NCBI GenBank assembly: GCA_051313645.2
Contig: JBNRSN020000016.1
Location: 22,444,001 to 22,508,000 of the forward strand
Length of the DNA stretch: 64,000 nt
Reading direction: 5' to 3'
From: Centroscyllium fabricii
Lineage: Eukaryota
A program made the translations under genes and the position numbers. Below the pieces are notes generated by a model. That model was given only the letters and a program-made list of their open reading frames with translations. It ran no database searches and was not told where the DNA came from. This document shows positions 11,926 through 22,787 of the stretch, in pieces. Within the stretch, counting starts at the first letter, position 1, and each line of letters opens with the position of its first letter.

Positions 11926-12696
11926 CACACAGCTGCAGCATGAAATGAGTTGAGGCTTTCTTCTTCCCAGCCGAGGGACTTAGCCATTTAGCTCTCATTA
12001 TGCCTGGGCCTATTACAGTACCTTGGCCCATTGCCAAAGTTTTCTTATATCGTTTGCACAAAACAGGTAATAGCGGGCGACCAACTGCTGACTGGTGAGG
12101 CTGCCTTCATACGTGTGAAGGACCCATTACTTAAACAGGGAGGCTCCACCATCAGGAACTGACCGTGCATTTTTTTTTGTTGAAAGAATTCTGATTAGCT
12201 TTCATATTTTTTTTTTCCCCAGCCTGTTTCGGATTTTTTTTTTTTTTAATGTTGCGCAGTTTTATTTTGTGGCCTGTGGTCCTGACGACGTCATCGAGGG
12301 ATCTGTTTTCCAGTAGTTACCCAGCGCAACAGTGCGAGGGAGCTGAGTTAGCACACGTGCAGCTGATGCGGCAGGGTCAGTGACGCACTCTGGGTTAATG
12401 TCCGTAATCTACTGATGTTAACGCAACTTTCTCCCCTGCTGTTCAATCGAAAAAATGCTTGAGACGTGTTCTGAAAAATGATCGCAGTTCAGAGCCTCAG
12501 GCCTCCAGAGCGATTTCAAACCACATATTTGGCCCCAATCCGTGGCCCTGGGTCACAAACTTAGTCGTGTCGCTACGGGGAGGTGCCCGTTAGAATCTAA
12601 TCTTTCCCCATGGAGAGAAGAAAGGTTAGAAGGTGCGTTATTCCTATCGCACTACTGGGTGTCTCCAACTGACAGAAGCCTAAATGCATAGGCTTG

Positions 12697-13850
12697 GGTA
12701 CGGTAGCATAGTGATTATGTTACTGGATTAATGGTCTGATGGAAAATTAGTTCAAATCCCACCACGACAGCTAGGGAATTTAAATTCAGTAAATTAAATT
12801 TTTAAAAATCTGGAATAAAAAGCTGGTTTCAGTAATGGTGACCCTGCAGCCAGCTTGTTGTAACCCAGCTGGTTCATCAAGTTCAAATTCAAGTTCAAAT
12901 TTTATTGCTACATGTACTAAATTTAAAAAATCTAGACAGTAAAATGCATATTGCTTTCTGCACGCGCCATACAAAAAGAACATTAAGATGCACGGCACGC
13001 ACGGAGCCCGCAAGACGTCAGCCATTCTCCGGCGCCATCATCGTGGGTCCGTTGCTGCTCCGGCCTCTCAGTTCGATGTTGGCATCCTCTTCCTTCCATT
13101 CCATACACTACAATACGCCGCTAAATCCAGTGTTGACATTCATCGCAGATGCGAAGCGCGGTGTCCGACGGCCCGAGTGGGGGCTGCCTCACGGCCCAAC
13201 GCCGTGCTGGTACTCCGAAACCTCCCGAACTCACGAATTCCTGGAGTGATGTCAGATATCCCGGGGGTCTCCATCTCGGCTCCACGCCATGCCGGCACCC
13301 CCAAGATCTCCCGTGCTCCACAACTCCGGTATCGGTGTTCGATGTCCCGGGGCCTGCCTCACGGCACAACGCCATGCTAGCTCCCCCGATTCCTCTGAAC
13401 TCCCATACTCCGGGAGTGAAGTTCGGAGGCCTGGGGCCTACCTCTCGGCCCGACGACAAACAGGCTTCCCGAATCAACTGAACCCCACCCGACAGCGATC
13501 GAGCAACTTCCTGCATCCCGACATTTAAGCCATCCACTGGACTCCCTCCCGATTTTCTTTGAGGGCTGATGGCGCCGAATTGTAGGTTTAACTGTCACAT
13601 TCAAGACAGCTCGCCTTCATGGCGACCGTTCCAGCCAGAGCACAGCGTCCCTCCTTTAGGGAAGGAAATTTGCCGTCCTTACCTGGTCTGGCCTATATGT
13701 GACTCCAGACCCACAGCAATGTGGTTGACTCTTAACTGCCCTCTGAAATGGCCGAGCAAGTCATCAGTTGGATAAGGTGGCTCACCATCACCTTCTCAAG
13801 GGCAATTAGGGATGCCAGCGATGCCCACATCCCATAAATGAATACATTTT
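12697..13850 (+). mobile_element. SINE family B, interrupted by a minus-strand retroposon
   Basis: head GGTAGCATAGTG...GTTCAAATCC; body resumes near 13655 (TTTAGGGAAGGAAAT...). Confidence 0.65.
12878..13650 (-). mobile_element. non-LTR retroposon GC-rich 3' region with (TTGAAC)n tail
   Basis: reverse strand CAATAAA followed by (TTGAAC/T)n; block CAAGACGTCAGCCATTCTCCGGCGCCATCATCGTGGGTCC shared with 15545-16300. Confidence 0.6.
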
Positions 13851-13904
13851 TAAAAAACATCGCCTTCCCTTCTCATGGTCATCGAAGGCCCAGGGGAAAC
13901 AAAT

Positions 13905-14330
13905 AAGAAAAAGAAAGATTTGCATTTATATAGCGTCTTTCATGACCACAAGGACGTCCCAAAGTGCTTTACAGCCAATGAAGTACTTTTGAAGTATAGT
14001 CACTGTTGCAATGTAGGAAATCCGGCAGCCTATTTCTGTACAGCAAGCTCCCATAAACAGCAAAGTGATAATGACCAGGCAATCTGTTTCTGTGATGCTG
14101 ATTGAGGGATAAATATTGGCCAGGGCACTGGGGATAACTCCCCTACTCTCCTTTGAAATCGTGCCATGTGATGTTTTATGTCCACCTGAAGGAGCTGACA
14201 AGGCCTTGGTTTTAATGTCTCATCTGAAAGACGGCACCTCCAACAGTGCAGCACTCCCTCAGTATTGCACTGGAGAGTCAGCATAGATTTTTGTGCTCAA
14301 GTCTCTGGTGTAGATCTTGAAATATTGGGA
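13905..14330 (-). mobile_element. DeuSINE-like SINE (SacSINE1/AmnSINE-type central domain)
   Basis: reverse strand GGTGCCGTCTTTCAGATGAGAC...CATGGCAC...GGCCAATATTTATCCCTCAA. Confidence 0.75.
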
Positions 14331-14576
14331 TCCATCCCTTCGACACAAGGAAAACAACAAAAATGGAAGATTAAAAGCCATAAGTGTGTTAATCACCATT
14401 AGGGATGTATCCTGATCTACACCATTGTGAATTTGCAATCCCATTTCCTACATCAGCCACTCTCAAACCAGTTTAATGTTTAATTATTTAAACACATTCT
14501 GGGGCTTTGGGCATCACCAGCAAGTCCGGCATTTATTTCCCATCGCCTAGTTGTCCTTGAGAAGGTGGTGGTGGCC

Positions 14577-15080
14577 TAGCGGGCTCGGTGAGCCGTGGGG
14601 CCGTCGGGCTCGGAGAGCCGTGGGGCCGTGGGGCTCTGAGAGCCGTGGGGCCGTCGGGCTCTGAGAGCCATGGGGCCGTCGGGCTCGGAGAGCCGTGGGG
14701 CCGTCGGGCTCAGAGAGCCGTGGGGCCGTCGGGCTCGGTGAGCCATGGGGCCGTCGGGCTCGGAGAGCCGTGGGGCCGTCGGGCTCTGAGAGCTGTGGGG
14801 CCGTCGGGCTCGGAGAGCCATGGGGCCATCTGGCTCTGAGAGCTGTCGGGCCGTCGGGCGCCGGGAGCTGCGAGGCCGTCGTGGCTGGAGCGCCAGAGCC
14901 TGCGTGGCCGGCACCGGGCGCATCGTGGCTGCAGCGCCGGGTGGTCCTGGTGGGATGGAATGGATCAGACTGGGACTAAAGGACATTTAATATCTTGGGA
15001 GATTGCATGTTTGCATTTCGTTGTTTTATGTATGTTCACTTTACAATGACAATAAATTGAATCTTACCTTATCTTATCTT
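14577..15080 (+). mobile_element. second copy of the retroposon 3' region with 25-bp GC-rich minisatellite
   Basis: about 11 units; 3' end matches 6340-6535; flanked by direct repeat (CT/TT)AGTTGTCCTTGAGAAGGTGGTGGTGG at about 14547 and 15079. Confidence 0.7.
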
Positions 15081-15544
15081 AGTTGTCCTTGAGAAGGTGG
15101 TGGTGGAGCTTCTTCTCGAACCGCTGCTGTCCATGTGGGGAAAGTACTCCCACAATGCGCTGTTAGATATGGAGTTTTAGGAATTTGTTCCATGAAGGAA
15201 TGGCGATATGTGTCCAAATCAGGATGGTGTGTGACTTGGAGGGGAACTTGGGGGTGATGGTGTTTTCCATGCACCTGCTACCCTTGTCCTTCGAGGTGAC
15301 GGAGGTCACGGGTTTGGGATTATGAGTTTTTTGTGCTGGAGCTGCACCCATTAGGAGATGGGTTCACGTTGTCCAAGAACATCTCACAACACCCTTAGAG
15401 CCACACCTCATAGATAGAATGTCCTTTAAGTAAGCTGTATTGTCTTGAATTGATTGCAATCCTTTTTATTCTCTCTTTTTCTCCATTGATTCCATCTCAC
15501 CATTCATTCCATCTTGTATTCCCTGGAATTTAGAAGGTGAAGTG

Positions 15545-16300
15545 TTCAAGTTCAAGTTCAAGTTTAAGTTTATTGTCACATGGACTAAATACAATCTAGA
15601 CAGTGAAATGCTTACTGCGATCCGAACGCACCCCGCAACAAGGACATTAACCTGCCCGGCACGCACGAGCCCACAAGACGTCAGCCATTCTCCGGCGCCA
15701 TCATCGTGGGTCCCGTTCTTGCTCCGGCCTCTCAGTTCGATGTTAATTGTTCTCTACCGCTCCGTTAACTTGCTCTGTCGCTGTTCCTTCCGATGTTACT
15801 CTTGACTTAACTCCTTTCGGCCCGACACCATGCCGGCTCCCCCGAATCCACAGATCTTCGAACTTCAGGAGCAGCGTCCTGGGGCCTAGCTCCCCTCCAG
15901 GCGCCATCCCGGCTCCCCTGAGCTCCGAACTCCAGGCCAGAGGCCTGGGGCCTATTCCAGCATCCTCCGGCTCCCCCGAGCTCTGAACTTTGGGCCTGAG
16001 GCCTGGGGCCTAGTCCAGCACCCTCCGGCTCCCCCGAGCTCTGAACTCCGGGCCTGGGACCTAGCCAGCACTCTCCGGCTCCCCCGAAACCTGGGGCCTA
16101 GCACTCGGCCTGGCGACATTCCGGATCTCCCCAAGTCTTCCGAGCTCCCCGCTCTCACTCCCGACAGCCGATCGCCGCCCCGCATCTTGCAGCCTTACCG
16201 GGCTCCCTCCCAGTGCCGCGGATGGTGGCTGTTTCGAGCAGATTGACTTTGCCTCGAGGAGCGGCCGCACGGCCGCTCCAGCCGGAATTGGAACCGGAAC
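15545..16300 (-). mobile_element. non-LTR retroposon GC-rich 3' region with (TTGAAC)n tail
   Basis: related to 12878-13650; internal imperfect repeats CCGGCTCCCCCGAGCTCTGAACT...GGCCTGGGGCCTA. Confidence 0.6.
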
Positions 16301-16309
16301 TGGAAGTGG

Positions 16310-16670
16310 TGATTTTATCCACGTTTTAAAGATATTATGGGTGGGTAGATGGAGAGAAACTACTTCCGCTGGTTGGGGAGTCCAGGACTAGGGGACATAG
16401 CCTAAAAATTAGAGCCAGGCCTTTCAGGAGTGAAATTAGGAAACACTTTTACACATAAAGGGTGGTAGGTTTGGAACTCTCTTCCACAAATGGCAGTTGA
16501 TGCGAGATTAATTGTTAATTTTAAATCAGAGATTGATAGCTTTCTGTTAACCAAAGGTATTAAGGGATATGGGCCAAAGGCGGGGAGATGGAGTTAGGTC
16601 GCAGATGAGCCATGATCTCATTGAATGGTGGAGCAGGCTCAAGGGGCTGAATGGCCTCCTTCTGTTCCTA
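16310..16670 (+). mobile_element. CR1 LINE 3' fragment
   Basis: ACTAGGGGACATAG...TGGAACTCTCT...GGTATTAAGGGATATGG, CR1-type 3' UTR. Confidence 0.75.
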
Positions 16671-17557
16671 TATTGATTTATCTTTTCTTCTCCCTTGCTC
16701 CTTTTGACCTTCCCCATTACTCTTCATGGCTCACTGGCTTAATGGAAATGAGGCCCAAGGCCCAATATCGGCACAATGAAGGAATAAGCCATGTTCAGAA
16801 AAATACACCATTCCATGAAAGAATTCTGGCCTTATTAAAACATGACAAACTGGGCTTGAAAATCTAAAAACCTAACAATGGAGAAGCTGTATTGTTAACA
16901 GCATTCAGGCTATTGGGCTAAGATAAGTTGTTGACACTGAATCAATAACCTTATTGAAACAGGAGATTTGGAGAGCCCTGAAGTCTGAAGCTTTGGAAAG
17001 AACACAATGGTAAACCCTGTCAAGGTGTTTTAAGTTAAACTTCGTAAACAGGGACATAAAATTAAGAAAATATGCCTTCGTAAAAATGACATCAAGTAAA
17101 AGAAACACCTGCCATCAAATTGTTTTTGTGTTGAACTTGGAATACCTAGAGAGACACGATTCTGTGTTACAACCAGCTGAGGTGACTAAGAATTGCATAT
17201 ATCACCCTGGTTGAGGTGTTTTAATTTCCACTTCGTAAAAAGAAACAAACAGAAGACCTTGGTAAAAAAGACATCAAATAGATGCACCTGCTGTTACACT
17301 ATTTTTTACGGTGGGCTTGGGACACATGGGGTAGAGACATAATTCTGCATTGCTACCAGCTGAAGTGACTGTATAGAATAGCAGGGGTCAGCGGAAAAAT
17401 GATTAGCGATAATTAGCTTACATCAGCAGAAAACTTCAATAAAATACCACTGAGAAGGGTATAAATATTGAACTTTCAAATGGGAGGATAGATTCAGTGT
17501 AAAGAGGCAAAGCGATTCTCAGGCTTCAGAGGCGGCTCTGTAAGTTTACAACTCTGT

Positions 17558-18296
17558 GGGGCTAAATTGGTCAGCCCACGATTTGTAGCGCTGACCTGGG
17601 CGCTGCGCTATTTTTAGTGCCAGCTCATCGCTGGTGCTGTTAGGGCTGAAATTCGTCTGCATCTCCCATTATGGGAGGGCTGGCACTAAAGCAGATGGGC
17701 CGCCTCGCTCTTGGTGCGAGGCGGCCGAATATCGGGGCGCGTGAGTGTCGCTGCGCCAAGGAGCGCATAGCGGCAGCCTGCGGCTGCAGGCCTTCCTCCC
17801 CGATTAAAGGGGAGGGGCCTAGTGCGGCTGTGGCCGGAGCCCCGTGGGGCCGCCGTGTGACCAAACTCGCCAGAAAGAGCCCGGCACTGGAGGGACGTGC
17901 CAGGCTCAGTAGCCGAGGTCTGGCCCCGCCGGGGGAGCAGCGAGGGAGGCCGGGGGAGGCCGAGAGGAAGGTGCTGGCAGTCAGCCAGCAATAAAAATGG
18001 CCGACCGCCGCACTCCCCTTTAAGCAGCGCTCCCCTGCTGCTGTTACGGCCCAAAAAAGCTGGCACGGGCAGCGCCTAGCGATAAATCGGCGGACGCTGC
18101 CCACTTGCAGCCATAGGCGCCTCCCAGGCGCTTCGCAGGCTGATGATGTCATTCCCGATGTCCAGTTGGGTGCTAAATTCATTGGGGCGCAACCAGTTAG
18201 CCTCCAACTTAGCGCTCAGCTGAATTTTGCGCTGGGCACGATCCCTGGCGCTGTTGGGCGCTAACGGACCAGCGCTAGACTGCCAATTTCGCGCCC
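17558..18296. mobile_element. GC-rich MITE-like non-autonomous DNA transposon
   Basis: imperfect TIRs GGGGCTAAATTGG / CCAATTTCGCGCCC, many TAGCGC motifs; related to 22850-23122 and 39581-40617. Confidence 0.65.
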
Positions 18297-18419
18297 TTTG
18301 TACCTCGTGGATCAAGGTACTGTACTGTATTTGAATTTGGTGGACATCCTGGAATAAAGACGGAGAACTGGAAAACTGAAGTGAAGTTAAGATCTGACGA
18401 TAAGAATTGTAAGCTTTCA

Positions 18420-20562
18420 ATTCAATTCAATTCAATTCAAATAGCTTTATTGGCATGAATGGTATCAACCGGTTTTGCCAAAGCATTGTAACATACATAA
18501 AAAAATTACATTAGTAGAGCATTATAACATACATTGTAACATACATAAAAATAATACATTAGTAGACGTAATACATAGAATAATACATTAGTAGACGTCT
18601 TGACAACCGTACATTAGTTACGCACACATGTACATTTATACCCGCATATAGAGCTTGTATGCTCATCCTAGCTTCAATGGTCACTGGTTGTCCCTCTGCT
18701 TATGGCAAGCTGTGACGTAGTTTGCCGCTAGTTTTACACATTCCCTCTGTTCCCCTAATAGGTATGGGAGTTTCTGGTGGTCGGTCAAATTTTTGAATTC
18801 AGGACATGTTGTTGCAAATTTTGGGAAGAAATTTCCCCTTATTCCCTGATAGATTTTGCAAGTTGTGAGGAAGTGCAGCTCTGTCTCCACCACTCCCTGA
18901 CTGCAGTGGGAGCACAGCCTTTCCTCTCTGAGCAGCCAAGTCTTTCTGTGTCTGCCTTTTTCGATGGCTAGGCTGTGCTCGCAAAGTCTGTACATTGTCA
19001 GGGTTTTTCTCAGTTTGCTATCTTTCACCATGGACAGGTAATCCGCCATGGTGTACTGTCTGTTTAGGGCCAAATAACAATCTAGTTTGTTTTGGGTTTT
19101 TGTCGTTTCTGTCCAGTAGTTCAGGTATTTTTCTTTTTGTTTAGTAATAATTGTGTTGGGTCGGATTCTGAGTGCTAGAGCGTCACTGTCCAGGGGTTGG
19201 TTGTTACCAGTAGTGTTAGTAGTTTTTCCGCTAAGTTGGTTGTTAACAGTAGTGTTAGTAGTTACTTCGCTAAGTCCTAGGACTAGTTGGTTGAGGGGAC
19301 TTCTTTTTATGTTCGCTTCTTGGCATTTCAGGGCTTTGTAGTGATAACTGTGGGGGTTGCTCAGTTTGAGATGTTTCCAGAATTTGATTGCTCTTTTTTG
19401 GATTTTAAATAGTAGTGGGTATTGGCCTAACTCTGCCCTGCATGCATTTTTTGTGGTTTTCCTCTGAGTCCGAAGGATACTCTTACAAAACTCAGCATGC
19501 AGGGTCTCAATTGGGTGTTTGTCCCATTTTGCAAATTCGTGGTGTGTTAGCAGACCCCACACCTTGCTGCCATAAAGTGCAATTGGTTCAATTACTGAAT
19601 TAAAAATTTTGATCCAAATGCCAGGTGGAATTTCTATTTGGATTGACTTCTTAATGGCATAGAATGCCCTTCTCGCTTTCTCTTTCAGTTCGTTCACAGC
19701 CAAGTGAAAATTTCCCGTGGAACTGATTTTTAACCCTAAGTATGTGTAGTTTGTAGTTTGTTCAATTTGTGTTGCTCCTAGTGTGTAGTTTGTTTTGGTT
19801 CCCTGATGTCTGGTTCTTTGCTGGAATACAAGAACTTTGGTTTTTTTGGGGTTTATTTTCAATGCCCAATTCTGGCAGAATGACTCTAACCGATCGAGGT
19901 TCTGCTGTAGACCCTCCTCTGTCGGTGACAGCAGGACTAGATCATCTGCATACAGGAGGAATTTAACCTCGGAGTCATGCAGGTCGAGGCCCGGTGCTGT
20001 AGATTGTTCCAGTGTTTTTGCCAGTTCATTTATATAGATGTTAAAGAGAGTTGGTGACATAGACGAGCCCTGTGCCACGCCACGCCCCTGTGGGAAGTAT
20101 TTTGTTTGTTTATCTCCGATTTTAACTGCACATTTGTTTCCTGTGTACATTGATTTAATCACATCATACGTTTTTCCCCCTATCCCACCTTCGATGAGTT
20201 TTAGGAATAGACCATCGTGCCAAATAGAGTCGAATGCCTTTTGGAAATCTATAAAGCAGGCAAAAATTTTGCTTTTATTTTGGTGGACATGTTTGTCTAT
20301 TAGGGTGTGTAGGGTGAAAATATGGTCAGAGGTTCTATAGTTTGGTAGGAATCCAATTTGGCTGTTACTCAGGACATTGTGCTCCGTGAGAAAGCTTGTG
20401 AGTCTTTTGTTTATGATACTACAGAATACCTTCCCCAGGTTGCTGCTCACACAGATGCCTCTGTAATTGTTTGGGTCAAGTTTGTCTCCACTTTTAAATA
20501 TGGGTGTTATGAGTCCTTTGTTCCAGACTTCAGGGAAGTAACCGACACTCAGAACCAAGTTG
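18420..20562 (-). mobile_element. RTE-X-like LINE, 5'-truncated
   Basis: RT ORF, 3' UTR with AATAAA and (TTGAA)n tail, 9-bp TSD AAGCTTTCA at 18411-18419 and 20563-20571. Confidence 0.85.
18681..20562 (-). CDS. non-LTR reverse transcriptase with C-terminal CCHC zinc finger; uninterrupted but lacking the endonuclease and start
   Basis: NYRGI, FIDFQKAFDSI, GVAQGSSMSPTLFNIYI, LLYADD, YTYLG, LAIEKGRH...RLCSHC...ETELHFLTTC; the first ~45 aa of the tracked ORF come from flanking DNA. Confidence 0.88.
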
Positions 20563-21020
20563 AAGCTTTCACTTTTTGGAACTGTGAATGTTGTGATTGA
20601 AACACCTACTGTAATTACATGTCGGTTCTTTAATAAATCTATATATTTTTGGAATTGCCCCACGTAATACTTCTGTATCAAACTCGCAAACTCAATCACT
20701 GCTCACTCTTTGGTGAGACGTTGCAGAATTCTGGGGGAGTTTTCCGGACCCTCATAATATCTGGAATGTTGCAGTCTAGCTAAACTTATTAAAAAGTGCT
20801 ATCGGAAGGACGGTGACATCTTCAGGTAGTTCCGTTCCCTTACGGAGTGATGGTCCGCACCTTTAGACCCAATAAAGCATCTTTACGATTCTGCTACCTC
20901 AAACTTTAATTGAAAGTGAACGTCTGGGGAATACGCCTGATCTGGGGTAGCCCTAAAGGGGCTAGGACTAGTAATTATCCCTTCAGCACCTCGGACCTCA
21001 CCATTTAGGTGAAGGTGCAG

Positions 21021-21395
21021 TGTAACTACCCAGAGAGGCACTCATGTCTCCCTTTAAGGCAGAAGCCAGAGACACACCGGCCTCCCTTTAAGACATAATC
21101 CTCTTTTGGTAAGTCGGTTCCACCCCCGTTGCCCCATTGGTCTATGGAATCAACAGTCACGGACCCAAATAGGCTAACAGCGCTGCCACTTATGGATCAC
21201 ATGGTTTCCTGCTGTTTCGCGCCTTTAGCTCTCGGTTCTACATTGATGTTCTTCTTCTTGTCGTATCTTCTTTCGAAGTGGTGGATGGAGTTTTTAACAG
21301 ACCGGTTAACGGTCTGCTTTTTGACCGCGCGTTAGCGCCTCCTCCGTGGTCACTGCCTGCTATTGCACCTGGTCTTCCCCGATGGTCTCCCATCC

Positions 21396-21428
<33 letters not shown>

Positions 21429-21550
21429 CGAGGTCGACTTGGGATCGGGCGTTCTAGATATGTTGTCGAATAAAGACTTGTTGAAGTGTGCTCTGCTGTT
21501 TCCCTCCAATTCTTTATAATTTAAAAGTGGGAAACCTTTGGTTACCCACA
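21021..21550 (+). mobile_element. putative LTR of a CsRN1-type Gypsy element (left end uncertain)
   Basis: ends ...CCCACA, then 2 nt, then PBS; AATAAA 21469-21474; candidate start TGTAAC after a purine-rich tract. Confidence 0.6.
21356..21468 (-). pseudogene. 5S rRNA-derived segment (A box, intermediate element, C box)
   Basis: reverse strand 21432-21384 CTCGGAAGCTAAGCAGAGTCAGGCCTGGTCAGTACTTGGATGGGAGACC matches vertebrate 5S rRNA, as recalled, at 46/49; flanks more diverged. Confidence 0.88.
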
Positions 21551-21552
21551 AT

Positions 21553-21564
21553 TGGTGACCCCGA
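21553..21564 (+). promoter_or_regulatory. primer-binding site, tRNA-Trp type
   Basis: TGGTGACCCCGA is complementary to the tRNA-Trp 3' end. Confidence 0.8.
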
Positions 21565-22599
21565 ATGGCAGATGAAGATTCAGCTGGCCAGAACGTGCGC
21601 CCCGCGGCCAGGCAACAAGAACGGCCGTCGAATGCAAGCCTCCCAACCTTTTGGGAGCACCAGGCAGCAGCCTGGTTTCTCAACATGGAGGCACAGTTTA
21701 GAATCAAGCACATTGCTGAGGATGAGGATTGATATTTTCTCGTTGTTGCAGCCCTGCCGAGTCACATTGCTGCTGGCATCGTGGACCTGATACGGGACCC
21801 GCCGCCAGCCGACAGGTACGCTGCACTTAAAAGACATTTACTGCAGGCCCACGACCTACCAGAGGCCGTTCGGGCCCGCCAACTACTAGAACTTCCGATG
21901 CTAGGCGACTCTATGTCCACGCGGTTGATGAACCGTATGCTCGCCCTGTTGGGCGGCCACAGAGGTTGCCCTTTATTCCGGGCACTCTTCCTCAGCCTAC
22001 TGCCCCAACCCGTGCAATCTGCGTTGGTGAATGTTAACAGCAATGACTATGCAGAACTGGCAGCCACAGCGGACCGGATATGTCTATTCGCGCCCTCCAC
22101 GTGTGCCACCGCGAAGCCCCCAACCCCTGCACAGCAGCCAACACCCCGACCACAGCCGGAGCTCTGTTTTTATCATGCGCGCTTCGGCACGAAGGCCAAC
22201 CGCTGTCGACCACCTTGTGCCTTCTCCAACCTGGGTAGCCAACCTAAGCCACACTCTTCCAAACAGCAACGTCGCCAGGGACCAGCTGTTGCTAATGCCA
22301 TAGGCACAGTCGGTCACCAACTTTACATTAAAGATTCTTTGTCAAATCAAAAATTTCTCTGCGACACTGGGGCCCAGCTTAGCATTTTGCCGGCTACGCG
22401 TGCCGATCGACAGTCTGGCCACACGGGCCCACCCCTCCTCGCAGTCAACGGCGCGCCCTTCGCCACGTTCGGCAAGAGGCGGGCAGAAATTATGTTAGGC
22501 GAACAACGCTTTACCTGGGACTTTGTCGTCGCCAATGTTGCACACCCATTATTGGGAGCAGACTTCCTCTGTGCACACGGCCTGTTAGTCGACGTCCGC
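21565..22599 (+). pseudogene. gag: CsRN1-type Gypsy gag-protease fragment
   Basis: CFYHARFGTKANRCRPPC (CHCC), protease FLCDTGA...LLGADFL; frameshifted 5' part; fused to a SINE at about 22600. Confidence 0.85.
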
Positions 22600-22787
22600 G
22601 TGAATATGTGGGGTTACGGTGATAGGGTGGGATATGTGTCGGTGCAGGCTCGAGAGGGATATGGGGAGAAGGCAGGGACAGGGTACTGAGTTTGGATGAT
22701 CAGCCATGATCTCATTGAATGGCGGAGCAGGCTCGAAGGGCCGAATGGCCGACTCCTGCTCCTATCTTCTATGTTTCTATGTTTCTA
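22600..22787 (+). mobile_element. V-SINE 3' portion
   Basis: TGAATATGTGGGGTTACGG... through (TTCTATGT)n. Confidence 0.85.

Noticed and set aside
20925-21035. Twister ribozyme or picornavirus-like IRES
   Set aside because: Only isolated words match (GTCCTAGCCCC, CTGATCTGGGG); order and spacing do not fit the consensus.
21356-21468. Functional 5S rRNA gene
   Set aside because: Both ends are diverged, there is no adjacent T-run terminator on the coding strand, and no tandem array.
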